NCBI GenBank assembly: GCA_022824925.1
Contig: JAJDYW010000018.1
Span: 35-64,034, forward strand
DNA: 64,000 nucleotides
Origin: Dehalococcoidia bacterium
GTDB lineage: Bacteria > Chloroflexota > Dehalococcoidia > Tepidiformales > Tepidiformaceae
Direction of reading: 5' to 3'
Below, piece after piece: positions 18,406 through 26,901 of this stretch (its first letter is position 1; each line of letters opens with the position of its first letter). The position numbers and the translations under genes were made by a program. The notes beneath the pieces are model-generated. The model did not search any database, was not told the origin of the DNA, and saw only the letters and a program-made list of their open reading frames with translations.

Positions 18406-20117
18406 CCGACGCGAACTCCGCCTCCCGCCCGCTCGGCGTTGTCGTCGGGGGTTCCCTGACGAAAGGCCTCGAGGTGCGCCTCGACCCCGGCCAGGCCGCC
18501 CAGCTCGGCCAGTACGCCATGACCGAGGTCGAAGGCGGCCTCAGCCTCCTCGGGATGGTCACCGACATCACCCTCAAGTCCGTCGATGCCGGCCCCACCG
18601 TCTGGCCCCCCGGCGAAGCGGATACGCCCCTCCTGCGCGAGGTGCTGCAGGACACCGGCGTCTACACCGCCCTCTCCGTCGACCCCTACCTCGAGCTCGG
18701 CGAGAACGGCGAGGAGCCCGCCCGCGCCCGCCGCCTCCCCAGCCACTTCGCCGCCGTCCTCCCCGCCGACCAGGCCACCCTCGACCGCGCCTTCGCCACC
18801 GAGGGCCCCAGCATCCCCGTCGGCGCCCCCCTCGGCATGGACGAGCTCGAGGTCGGCGTCGACTTCGAGCGCCTTTTCGAGCGTTCCGCCGGTGTCTTCG
18901 GCAAGAGCGGCACGGGCAAGAGCGTGCTCGTCCTCCACCTTCTCGACGCCATGCTCACGCGCTCCGCGGCGGCCGCCACCAACAGCGAACGCACCGTCGC
19001 CCTCGTCTTCGATATGCACAACGACTACGGCTGGGAGATGAAGTTCCAGGGCCCGACGACCAACCGCCTGCGCTCCCTCAAGCAGCGCCACCAGACCGAC
19101 GTCGAGCTGTACACCCTCGAAGCCCGCGCCGCCCGATCCGATGGCCAGATCCTCATCGGCACGCGCGATATCCACCCCGACGACCTCGAGGTGCTGCGCG
19201 AAACGCTCGACCTGACGGACCTCGCCATCGACGCCGCCCACGCCTGTCGCCGCCGCTTCGGCCCCGGCTGGATCGACGAGATCCTCGCCGACGAGCCATC
19301 CGACGCCCTCGTGGGGAAGCTCTGGCGCCGCGAGCCGCCCGAGGGCGACGTCAACTGGTCGCAGGTCGCCGCCCAGATGGGCTACCCCGGGTCCCTCGAG
19401 AGCCTGCGCCGACGCATGGAGCGCCTCACCCGCCGCGAGTTCGTCCGCACCGAGGGGTCGCAGTTCGGCGATGTCATCGAGCACATCGTGCGCTCGCTCC
19501 AGGGCGGCAAGAGCGTCGTCGTCCAGTTCGGCCGCCATGGCAACGACCTCACCAGCTACATGCTCGTGGCGAACATGCTCTCCCGCCGCATCTGGGAACG
19601 CTACCGCGACAGCACCGAGTCCTCCCGCGAGCAGGCCGCCCCCAACCGCCTCGTCATCGTCATCGAGGAAGCGCACAAGTTCGTGGACCGCTCCCTCGCC
19701 GGCCAGAGCATCTTCGGCCAGATCGCCCGCGAGCTGCGCAAGTACAACGTCACCCTCCTCGTCATCGACCAGCGCCCCAGCCAGATCGACCCCGAGGTCC
19801 TCTCCCAGATCGGGACGAAGTTCACGCTCCAGCTCGATAGCGACAACGACGTCGAGGCCATCGTCGGCGGGGTCTCCGGGCGAAGCGGCCTGCGACAGGT
19901 CATCGCCTCCCTGGAGAGCAACCGCCAGGCCCTCGTCTTCGGCCACGCCCTCCCCATGCCCGTCGTCGTCCAGACCCCCGAGGCCACCGACGCCGAGTCC
20001 GCCCGCGCCTCCCTCCGCGCCCGCCTCGGCCTCCCCGAACGCGAGGAGACGAGCCCCGCCGCCGCCCTCTTCGGCGCCCCTTCCCCCGACTCCTCCCCAC
20101 CCGCGGACCCCTCGTGA
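18402..20117 (+). CDS. herA: HerA-like (FtsK/HerA superfamily) hexameric ATPase
   Basis: N-terminal barrel region, Walker A GVFGKSGTGKSVLV, Walker B LVIVIEEAHKFV, LLVIDQRPSQID. Confidence 0.8.
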   Translation: MTDANSASRPLGVVVGGSLTKGLEVRLDPGQAAQLGQYAMTEVEGGLSLLGMVTDITLKSVDAGPTVWPPGEADTPLLREVLQDTGVYTALSVDPYLELGENGEEPARARRLPSHFAAVLPADQATLDRAFATEGPSIPVGAPLGMDELEVGVDFERLFERSAGVFGKSGTGKSVLVLHLLDAMLTRSAAAATNSERTVALVFDMHNDYGWEMKFQGPTTNRLRSLKQRHQTDVELYTLEARAARSDGQILIGTRDIHPDDLEVLRETLDLTDLAIDAAHACRRRFGPGWIDEILADEPSDALVGKLWRREPPEGDVNWSQVAAQMGYPGSLESLRRRMERLTRREFVRTEGSQFGDVIEHIVRSLQGGKSVVVQFGRHGNDLTSYMLVANMLSRRIWERYRDSTESSREQAAPNRLVIVIEEAHKFVDRSLAGQSIFGQIARELRKYNVTLLVIDQRPSQIDPEVLSQIGTKFTLQLDSDNDVEAIVGGVSGRSGLRQVIASLESNRQALVFGHALPMPVVVQTPEATDAESARASLRARLGLPEREETSPAAALFGAPSPDSSPPADPS

Positions 20118-20350
20118 GCGAGGCTCCCCGCGCCGACGCCGAGTGGGACGCCGGCGACCTCGGCTGCGGGGAGGTACTGGTGATGCTACGCTCGCGTATG
20201 CGGGGCATCGCTCCGGGACAGGTGCTCAGGCTCACCGTGCGTGATCGTGGCGCCCCCGAAGAGATGCCCGCCTGGTGTCGCATGACCCGGCGCCGTCTGC
20301 TCCGCGCCGACCATCCTCACTACTGGATCGAGCAACGCCAGGAACCCTGA
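20114..20350 (+). CDS. TusA/SirA-like sulfur-carrier domain protein (variant C-G-E motif)
   Basis: 78 aa. WDAGDLGCGEVLVMLRSRMRGIAPGQVLRL...PAWCRMT fits the TusA fold pattern, but with CGE in place of CPxP. Its GTG overlaps the herA stop. Confidence 0.65.
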   Translation: MSEAPRADAEWDAGDLGCGEVLVMLRSRMRGIAPGQVLRLTVRDRGAPEEMPAWCRMTRRRLLRADHPHYWIEQRQEP

Positions 20351-20370
20351 ACGAAGGAGACACCCGCTCC

Positions 20371-20733
20371 GTGCCAGGCAAGTTCTGCGTCAACCTCACC
20401 TCCTCCGGCAACGATCCCGACAAGGCCACCGTCGGGTTCGTCGTCGCCAACGCGGCCCTCGGTTCCGAGAAGGAGACCCTGGTCTTCCTCAGCACCGAGG
20501 GCGTCCGCCTCGCCGAGAAGGGCTACGCCGACGCCATCCGCGAGGACGGCTTCCTCCCGCTTACCGACCTCATGAACGCCTTCACCGAGGGCGGGGGCCT
20601 CATCTACGTCTGCGCTCCCTGCTTCAAGAAGCGCGGCCTCGATGAGGACAACCTCGTCGACGGCGCCCGCATCGTCGGTGGGGCCATGCTCGTCGAGTTC
20701 CTCTCCGACGGCTCCCCCAGCGTCACCTACTAG
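20371..20733 (+). CDS. DsrE/DsrF-like (COG2210-type) sulfur-relay family protein
   Basis: FCVNLTSSGNDPDKATVGFVVANAAL...LVFLSTEGV...YVCAPCFKKRG. AAGGAG lies 11 nt upstream of GTG 20371. Confidence 0.7.
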   Translation: MPGKFCVNLTSSGNDPDKATVGFVVANAALGSEKETLVFLSTEGVRLAEKGYADAIREDGFLPLTDLMNAFTEGGGLIYVCAPCFKKRGLDEDNLVDGARIVGGAMLVEFLSDGSPSVTY

Positions 20734-20749
20734 CGGAAGCGCTCCCGCC

Positions 20750-22291
20750 GTGAGCCCCGAAGCCGCCCAGCCCGCCCCCGTCGAACGGCACCCCCTCGCG
20801 CCAGACGCCGGCTTCGACGGCGGCGACCTCGACTGTGGCGGCGGCCTCCTCCTGCTCATCCGCCGCCACATCGATCCCCTCGCCCCCGGCGGCATCCTCG
20901 AGATCCGCTCGACCGAACCGACGGTAGAGGTCGAGTTGCCCGCCTGGTGCCGCCTCACCGGCAACGAGCTCGTCTCCTGGACGAAGCACGGCGACCAGCG
21001 GAGCTACCTCGTGTCGAAGGGCCCGCTCGCGGCGCGCACGGAGACGCCCCCGCCTCCCCCGTCCGCGCCCGTCGCGGACCACCCCGTGACCGGGGTCCAC
21101 GTCCCCGACTCCCTTCCCGAGCCCGCCCCCGCCCCTGCCATCGCGCCGCTCTCCGTCATGGGCATCGGCAGCTGGCCCCGCCCCCGCTGGATGCTCCAGG
21201 CCCTGCACGACCACCTCGAAGGGCGCCTCGACGGCGCCGCCTTCGCCGAGACCGCCGACGACGCCGTCCGCCTCGCCCTCGACGCCCAGCGCCGCGCCGG
21301 CGTCGACGTCCTGACCGATGGCGAGCAGCGCCGCGACAACTACGCCAGCTTCGTTGGCGGCCTCCTCGATAACTGCCAGCTCATCCCCCTCAGCGACCTC
21401 ACCGCCATGGTCGACGACCCCGACGAGTTCCACCGCGAGCTGCGAGCCCTCGACGTGCCCGCCGAAGACGTGCGCCACCCCGTGGTCTACGGCCCCCTTG
21501 GCCGCAGCCGCCCCCTCGCCGCCCACGAGCTCGCGTTCATCCGCTCCGCCGCCGGAGCGCCCGTCAAGGTCGCGCTCCCCGGCCCCTACCTGCTGACTCG
21601 CACGATGTGGCTCGATTGCCTCCGCGAGCGGCCTTACGAGACCCGCGAAGACCTCGCCGTTGATGTCGTGCGCGTCCTCCGGGAAGAGGTGCACGCGCTC
21701 CTCGCCGGCGGCGCCGCTCTCGTGCAGTTCGACGAGCCCGTGCTCACCGAGGTCGTCTACGGCGAGGCCGGGGCGAAGCGCAGCTTCATGTGCGGCGCCC
21801 TCGGCGAGAAGCTCGCCCCCGAGCGAGAGCTCGACTTCGCCGCCGGCCTCCTCCGCGAGGTCGTCCGAGGCCTCCCCGCCGAGCGCCTCGGCCTCCACGT
21901 CTGCCGCGGGAACTGGACCCCCGACGAGTCCGCCGCCCTTTCGGGCGACTATCGCCCCCTGCTCGGCTTCCTCGGCGAGGCGCCCGTCGGGGCCGTCTTC
22001 CTGGAGCTCTGCACGCCCCGTGCCGGCGAGATGGAACACCTCCGGGAGCTCCCCGGGGAGAAGCGCATCGGCGTCGGTGTCGTGAACCCGAAGGATCCCG
22101 CGGTCGACGACCCCGTGGCCCTGCGCGAGCGCATCGCCCGCGCGGTCAATCTCTTCGGCGAGGAGCGCGTGCTCCTCACGCCCGACTGCGGTTTCGCCAC
22201 CTTCGCCGACAACCCCGTCGCCTCCGCCCGCACGGCCGAGGCGAAGCTCGCCGCAATCGTCCGGGCCCGCGACGCCCTGCGTTCCGCCTGA
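20750..22291 (+). CDS. fusion protein: N-terminal TusA-like domain + MetE-like (cobalamin-independent methionine synthase C-terminal/UROD-like) domain
   Basis: N-terminus: FDGGDLDCGGGLLLLIRRHI...PAWCRLT. A Pro-rich linker follows. The MetE-like part has TDGEQRRDNY, VQFDEPVL, LHVCRGNW (H-x-C) and LTPDCGF, which are the Zn-ligand positions. Confidence 0.75.
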   Translation: MSPEAAQPAPVERHPLAPDAGFDGGDLDCGGGLLLLIRRHIDPLAPGGILEIRSTEPTVEVELPAWCRLTGNELVSWTKHGDQRSYLVSKGPLAARTETPPPPPSAPVADHPVTGVHVPDSLPEPAPAPAIAPLSVMGIGSWPRPRWMLQALHDHLEGRLDGAAFAETADDAVRLALDAQRRAGVDVLTDGEQRRDNYASFVGGLLDNCQLIPLSDLTAMVDDPDEFHRELRALDVPAEDVRHPVVYGPLGRSRPLAAHELAFIRSAAGAPVKVALPGPYLLTRTMWLDCLRERPYETREDLAVDVVRVLREEVHALLAGGAALVQFDEPVLTEVVYGEAGAKRSFMCGALGEKLAPERELDFAAGLLREVVRGLPAERLGLHVCRGNWTPDESAALSGDYRPLLGFLGEAPVGAVFLELCTPRAGEMEHLRELPGEKRIGVGVVNPKDPAVDDPVALRERIARAVNLFGEERVLLTPDCGFATFADNPVASARTAEAKLAAIVRARDALRSA

Positions 22292-22307
22292 CCGCTCGTC
22301 CGGAGCG

Positions 22308-23114
22308 CTAGGCCCGCCCCAGCGCCGCGTACACGCGGTGCGGAACCGCCATCGGGTTCTCGGGGAATCGTTCCGCCAGCACCGCCGCCAGGCTTTCGTC
22401 GAATCGCGCCACCTCGGCCTCGCTGAGCGTGGCCGCCACGCCCGCGCTCGCCCGGATGCGTCCCCGCCACGCCTCATGTGTGTACGGCACCGCCACGTCG
22501 AACTCGAACGACGAGCATTCCCCGAACCCGGCCGCCGAGAGCTCGTCCAGCCAGTCCCGGTGCCGCCCGTCCCCGCCTCCCAGCGTCCACTCCGGGTTGG
22601 CTGCCACGATCAACGCCTCGGTGACGCCGGGGATGTTCCCCGGCAGCGGCACCCAGTCGAGCGAGCAGATGACGAGCCGCCCGCCCGCCTTCAGGAGGCG
22701 CTTCGCCTCCGCCGCGGCGCGTGGCCGGTCGAACCACCACCACGACGATGCCGAGACCACGAGGTCGGCCTCCCCCGCCGCCAGCCCCGTTTCCTCCGCC
22801 GTCGCCTGCACATACCGGGCGCTTGCGCCCGCCTGCTCGTCCAGCGCCCGCGCCTGCTCCGCCATCGCCGCCGAAGGGTCGACCCCCACGACCCTGGCCC
22901 CCCGGAGCGCCAGGTTCCGCGCGACATCCCCCGTCCCCGTGCCGAGGTCCACGGCATGGCCGCCGTCGATGCGGACGCCGTGCGCCTCAAGCTCGTCGTA
23001 GAAGCGGTCCGGGAGCCCCGCCCGGAAGGTCGCGTAGTCCGTGGCGGTCTTGCCGAAGTCCACGCCCGACATCCGCCGGGCGCGCTCGCCGAGGCTCGCC
23101 GCGTCCTCGTCCAT
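22308..23114 (-). CDS. class I SAM-dependent methyltransferase
   Basis: Motif I AVDLGTGTGDVARNLALRGARVVGVDPS. Confidence 0.8.
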   Translation of the reverse strand: MDEDAASLGERARRMSGVDFGKTATDYATFRAGLPDRFYDELEAHGVRIDGGHAVDLGTGTGDVARNLALRGARVVGVDPSAAMAEQARALDEQAGASARYVQATAEETGLAAGEADLVVSASSWWWFDRPRAAAEAKRLLKAGGRLVICSLDWVPLPGNIPGVTEALIVAANPEWTLGGGDGRHRDWLDELSAAGFGECSSFEFDVAVPYTHEAWRGRIRASAGVAATLSEAEVARFDESLAAVLAERFPENPMAVPHRVYAALGRA

Positions 23115-23119
23115 GCTGG

Positions 23120-25624
23120 TTAGCCGCCCGTGGCCGCCGCCTCCTGCGGCTCGCCCTCGCCCCCCGAGGTGAATCGCCGGAAGAACCGACCGATGTCGTG
23201 GTTATCCCAGGCGACCAGCACCTGCGCCGCTACGAAGATGCTGCTGTACGTCCCCGCGATCACGCCCACGAGCAGCACGAGCAGGAAGTTCTGGATGGTC
23301 ACGCCGCCGATCAGGAACATCGCGATGATCGTCAGCACCGTCACGAACGACGTGTTGACCGATCGCACGAGCGTCTCCGTCAGGCTCACGTTCACCGCCT
23401 CGGCGAAGGGCACGTAGGCATCCCGCGAGGTCACCTCGCGCACGCGGTCGAACACGACGATCGTGTCGTGCACGGAGAAGCCGATGACCGTCAGGATCGC
23501 GACGATAAAGGCGGCGTCCACCTCGATGTCGGCCACCTTCGCCAGCAGCGAGAAGAGCCCCAGCACGATCACCGAGTCGTGCACGAGCGCGATCACCGCG
23601 CAGAGCCCGTACCGCCAGGCCGCGCGCTGCCGCCTGAACGCGAACGCCACGTAGATGAGGATCGCCACCGCCGCCGCCACCACCGCCAGCGTTGCGTCCC
23701 GCGCGATCTCCGTCGAGACCGTCCCCGAGACGGTCGCGAAGTCCAGCCGCTGCACCGGGCCGAACTCGGCCTCCAGCCCCGCCAGGATCTCGTCGATCTC
23801 GCCCGGCGGCACCGGCCCCACCCCCGCATCGAGCGAGGGCGCTCCCTCGAGCTCGATCGTTCGCACCAGGAACGTGTTGAATCCCGCCCCCTGCACCCGT
23901 GCCTCGGGATGGCCGAGCCGCTCCAGCGCGTCCCGAAGCTCCTCCGGCTCCACCGCGCGCACCGGCTCCGGGTCCGGCGGCGCCTCGTCCGTTGCGGACG
24001 CGTCCTCCCCCTCCGCCGCCTGCCCCCCCGCCGGAACCGCTGCCTCCCCGAACTGCAGCGTGAAGGTCGAGCCCCCCGTGAACTCGATCCCCGCCTTCAG
24101 CGGGGGCGGTACCGCCAGCGTGATCGCCGCCGCCAGGAACACCACCAGCGACAGCCCCAGCGTGATCCAGCGCCGCTGCGCGAATGCGATGAACGTCGAG
24201 CGCGCAGTTGCCGGCGCCGCTTCCGCGTCCTCTGCTCCGTCTCCGGCGGCTTCGCTGCGAGGCGGCGGCGGCTCGGCGTTGAAGAGCCAGCGCGAGCGCG
24301 CGATGCGTGTCCCCACGAGCAGCCGCAGGAACGTCCGCGTCACCACGATCGCCGAGAACATGCTCACCGCCACGCCGATCGCCAGCGTGATCGCGAACCC
24401 CCGCACGAACGACGCGCCGAACTGGTCGCCGAACCAGAACAGGATCGCGCAGGTGATGAACGTCGCGATGTTGGAGTCCCGGATCGAGGGCCACGCCCGC
24501 CGGAAGCCGGTCTCGATCGCGTTCGCGAGCGGCCTTCCGCGGCGTAACTCCTCCTTCATCCGTTCGAAGATGAGGATGTTCGCATCGACCGCCATGCCCA
24601 CCGAGAGGATGAAGGCCGCGATTCCCGAGAGCGTGAGCGTCACCGGCCAGAGCTTGAACACCGTCAGCGTGATCAGCGCGTAGACGATGAGCGCGAAGGC
24701 GGCCAGCACGCCCGGCAAGCGGTAGTAGAGAATCATGAACGCCAGCACCGCCAGCAGCCCGATCTCGGCCGCGTTCACCGAGGCCTTCACCGAGTCGTCG
24801 CCCAGGGAGGCGCTCACCTCGTTCGCCTGGATCGTGCGCAGGGGCACCGGCAGGGCGCCCGCGTTGAGCTGCTTCGAGAGGTCCGTCGCCTCGGTGAAGC
24901 TGTCGAGCCCCGTGATCGTGCCCTGCTCCTCGATCACCCCCTGCACCACCGCGTCGGAGATCGGCTCGTTGTCGAGGTACACCAGGAGTCGCCGGCGGGG
25001 GTCGGTGGGGCTGTATTCGTCATTCAGCGCCCGCGTGGTGATCTGGCGCATCAACTCGGCGCCGTCGCCCGTCGTCTCGAAATTGACCGCGAAGAGCGTG
25101 CCCCGCCGCTCCGGGAACGTGTTGTTCTTGAGGTGCTGGCCCGTCATCGCGATCTCCACGCCGTCGATGATCCCCGTTGCCGGGACCAGCTCCCCGGCGT
25201 CGTTGAAGACGAAGTACTGCAGCGAGGCCGTGCGGCCGATCAGCCGTTCCGCGTCCGGCAGGCTCATCCCCGGTACCTGCACGTCGAGCCGGTTGCCGCT
25301 CGCGATCTGGATCTCCGGCTCAACCACCCCGAAGGCGTCCACGCGCCGCTCGATGACCTCCTTGGCCACCTCCAGCGATTCGGTCAGGTTCCCTTCGTAG
25401 TCGGCCGGTGGCTCCGCCTGCAGCACGAGGTGCGCCCCGCCCTGCAGGTCCAGCCCGAGGCGCATCGTTCGCCGCTCGTAGTCGCCGATGCTGATGCCCC
25501 GGCCCTCGGGCCAGAAGTCGCCGGGCAGGTAGCGGCTGGGCGCGCTCGGCCAGACCGCGTACAGGCAGAACAGCGTGCCCGCGAGGATCGCGAGAAATAT
25601 CCCGACGTTCGCGGGACTACGCAT
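23120..25624 (-). CDS. secDF: protein translocase subunit SecDF (fused)
   Basis: 834 aa. The SecD part has GLDLQGGAHLVLQ and LGDDSVKAS. The SecF part has a second 6-TM block. The halves are joined by an Ala/Glu-rich linker. Confidence 0.9.
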   Translation of the reverse strand: MRSPANVGIFLAILAGTLFCLYAVWPSAPSRYLPGDFWPEGRGISIGDYERRTMRLGLDLQGGAHLVLQAEPPADYEGNLTESLEVAKEVIERRVDAFGVVEPEIQIASGNRLDVQVPGMSLPDAERLIGRTASLQYFVFNDAGELVPATGIIDGVEIAMTGQHLKNNTFPERRGTLFAVNFETTGDGAELMRQITTRALNDEYSPTDPRRRLLVYLDNEPISDAVVQGVIEEQGTITGLDSFTEATDLSKQLNAGALPVPLRTIQANEVSASLGDDSVKASVNAAEIGLLAVLAFMILYYRLPGVLAAFALIVYALITLTVFKLWPVTLTLSGIAAFILSVGMAVDANILIFERMKEELRRGRPLANAIETGFRRAWPSIRDSNIATFITCAILFWFGDQFGASFVRGFAITLAIGVAVSMFSAIVVTRTFLRLLVGTRIARSRWLFNAEPPPPRSEAAGDGAEDAEAAPATARSTFIAFAQRRWITLGLSLVVFLAAAITLAVPPPLKAGIEFTGGSTFTLQFGEAAVPAGGQAAEGEDASATDEAPPDPEPVRAVEPEELRDALERLGHPEARVQGAGFNTFLVRTIELEGAPSLDAGVGPVPPGEIDEILAGLEAEFGPVQRLDFATVSGTVSTEIARDATLAVVAAAVAILIYVAFAFRRQRAAWRYGLCAVIALVHDSVIVLGLFSLLAKVADIEVDAAFIVAILTVIGFSVHDTIVVFDRVREVTSRDAYVPFAEAVNVSLTETLVRSVNTSFVTVLTIIAMFLIGGVTIQNFLLVLLVGVIAGTYSSIFVAAQVLVAWDNHDIGRFFRRFTSGGEGEPQEAAATGG

Positions 25625-25967
25625 GCGGGTCGCCGGCCTCGCCGGCGCCCGCCGCCACCGTCTCGAGCGCCTCCTCGGGCGCGGGCTCCAGGGTCGTCAG
25701 CCGCCGCTCGATCGCTTCCGTCAGGGCGCGCACGCGGATGCCGGGCGCGATCTCCAGGATCAGCTCCGTGGGGCCGTCGTCCGGCGCCTGCACGTCCTTC
25801 ACCTCGGCGATAAGCCCGCCCGTCGTCAGCACCTCGTCCCCGATCTGCAGCTCGCGCACGGCCTTCTTCCGCTGCCGCTGCTGCTTGAGCACCGGCTGCA
25901 GCAGGATGAAGTAGAACGCCGCCACGGCGAGCACCGTGTAGAAGATGACGCTGAACATCACGGCCAT
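25617..25967 (-). CDS. yajC: preprotein translocase subunit YajC
   Basis: Single N-terminal TM segment, then LQPVLKQQRQRKKAVRELQIGDEVLTTGGLIAEV. It overlaps the secDF start by 8 nt. Confidence 0.85.
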   Translation of the reverse strand: MAVMFSVIFYTVLAVAAFYFILLQPVLKQQRQRKKAVRELQIGDEVLTTGGLIAEVKDVQAPDDGPTELILEIAPGIRVRALTEAIERRLTTLEPAPEEALETVAAGAGEAGDPHA

Positions 25968-25988
25968 GGCAGCCCTCCGTGGCCCTGG

Positions 25989-26873
25989 CTAGCCCTCGGC
26001 GGTCAGGCGTTCGAGCGATTGGCGCGCCAGCGCGAGGGCGGTCGCGCGATCGTCCACCTCGCCGGCCAGCTGAGCCTCGCGAACCGATGTTAGGACAGCC
26101 CCCAGAAGCGGTCCACCGGGGAGCCCCAGCTCCCGCATCAGCTCCTCGCCGTCAACCAGCGCCGGTTCCTCCTCGCGAAGCGCCTCCGCCGTGCGCGTCA
26201 CGATGTGCCCCATGAACCCGATGTGCCGCTCGAAGTTCGCCCGCCCGTACGCAGGCCCCCGCGTCGCCATCCCGTCCGCGAGCTGCAACAGCAGCAACGG
26301 CAGGGTCTGACCGTCGAGGTCGCGGGCGAAGCGGCGCAGCGCGGGGTCGCTCGGCGGCCACGACCGCACGAACTCCCCCGGCCGCAGGTGGTAGCGCACC
26401 ATCGTCGTCACGAACGTGATGCTGTCCTGCTCGAACCCGAGCGCCGCCAGCCGCCCCTCCAGCAGCTCCGCCCCCACCGGTCCGTGCCGGGGAAAGCGCA
26501 GCTTCCCCTCGCGCACCGTCGCCGTCCGCGGCTTGGCGATGTCGTGCACCAGGCACGAGAGGCGCAGCAGGTGCCGCAGGGGCCGCCCGTCGACTTCGCG
26601 GCGGAGCCACTCCGCGATCCTGATCTCCGGCGAGGGGTCCGGCATCCGCAGCCCCTCCACCCCCTCGCCCAGCGCCCGGTCGAGCGCTCCCACGGCCGCC
26701 AGGTTGTGTTCCAGCACGGTGTAGGCGTGGAGCGCCGGCTGCTCGAACCCGCGCCCCTCCTCGAGCTCCGGGAACAGCGCTGCCGTCAGGGTTCCGTCCG
26801 CGTCGAGCGCGCGCAGGCGCGCCTCGGCGTCGTCGCGCGCGATGGCATCGAGCAACTCGCGGGGAGGGGACAT
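25989..26873 (-). CDS. HD-domain protein (related to the C-terminal half of CCA-adding enzymes)
   Basis: LLRLSCLVHDIAKP (HD motif), RFPRHGPVGAELL, MVRYHLRP. Confidence 0.65.
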   Translation of the reverse strand: MSPPRELLDAIARDDAEARLRALDADGTLTAALFPELEEGRGFEQPALHAYTVLEHNLAAVGALDRALGEGVEGLRMPDPSPEIRIAEWLRREVDGRPLRHLLRLSCLVHDIAKPRTATVREGKLRFPRHGPVGAELLEGRLAALGFEQDSITFVTTMVRYHLRPGEFVRSWPPSDPALRRFARDLDGQTLPLLLLQLADGMATRGPAYGRANFERHIGFMGHIVTRTAEALREEEPALVDGEELMRELGLPGGPLLGAVLTSVREAQLAGEVDDRATALALARQSLERLTAEG

Positions 26874-26901
26874 CGGGGGACAGTCTACCGGCGTCCGGCG
26901 C

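Noticed and set aside
17883-19946. 687-aa ORF antisense to herA and the upstream hypothetical gene
   Set aside because: Its composition is Gly/Ala/Asp/Glu/Arg-dominated with no motifs. It is a mirror-frame shadow of a gene that has clear Walker motifs, as is typical of ~70% GC DNA.
22293-22307. Small hairpin CGCTC-N5-GAGCG between convergent genes, as a bidirectional terminator
   Set aside because: The stem is only 5 bp with no U/A tracts, which is too weak to call.
22721-24547. 608-aa plus-strand ORF across secDF
   Set aside because: It is an Arg/Pro/His-rich low-complexity translation. The opposite strand encodes an unmistakable SecDF.
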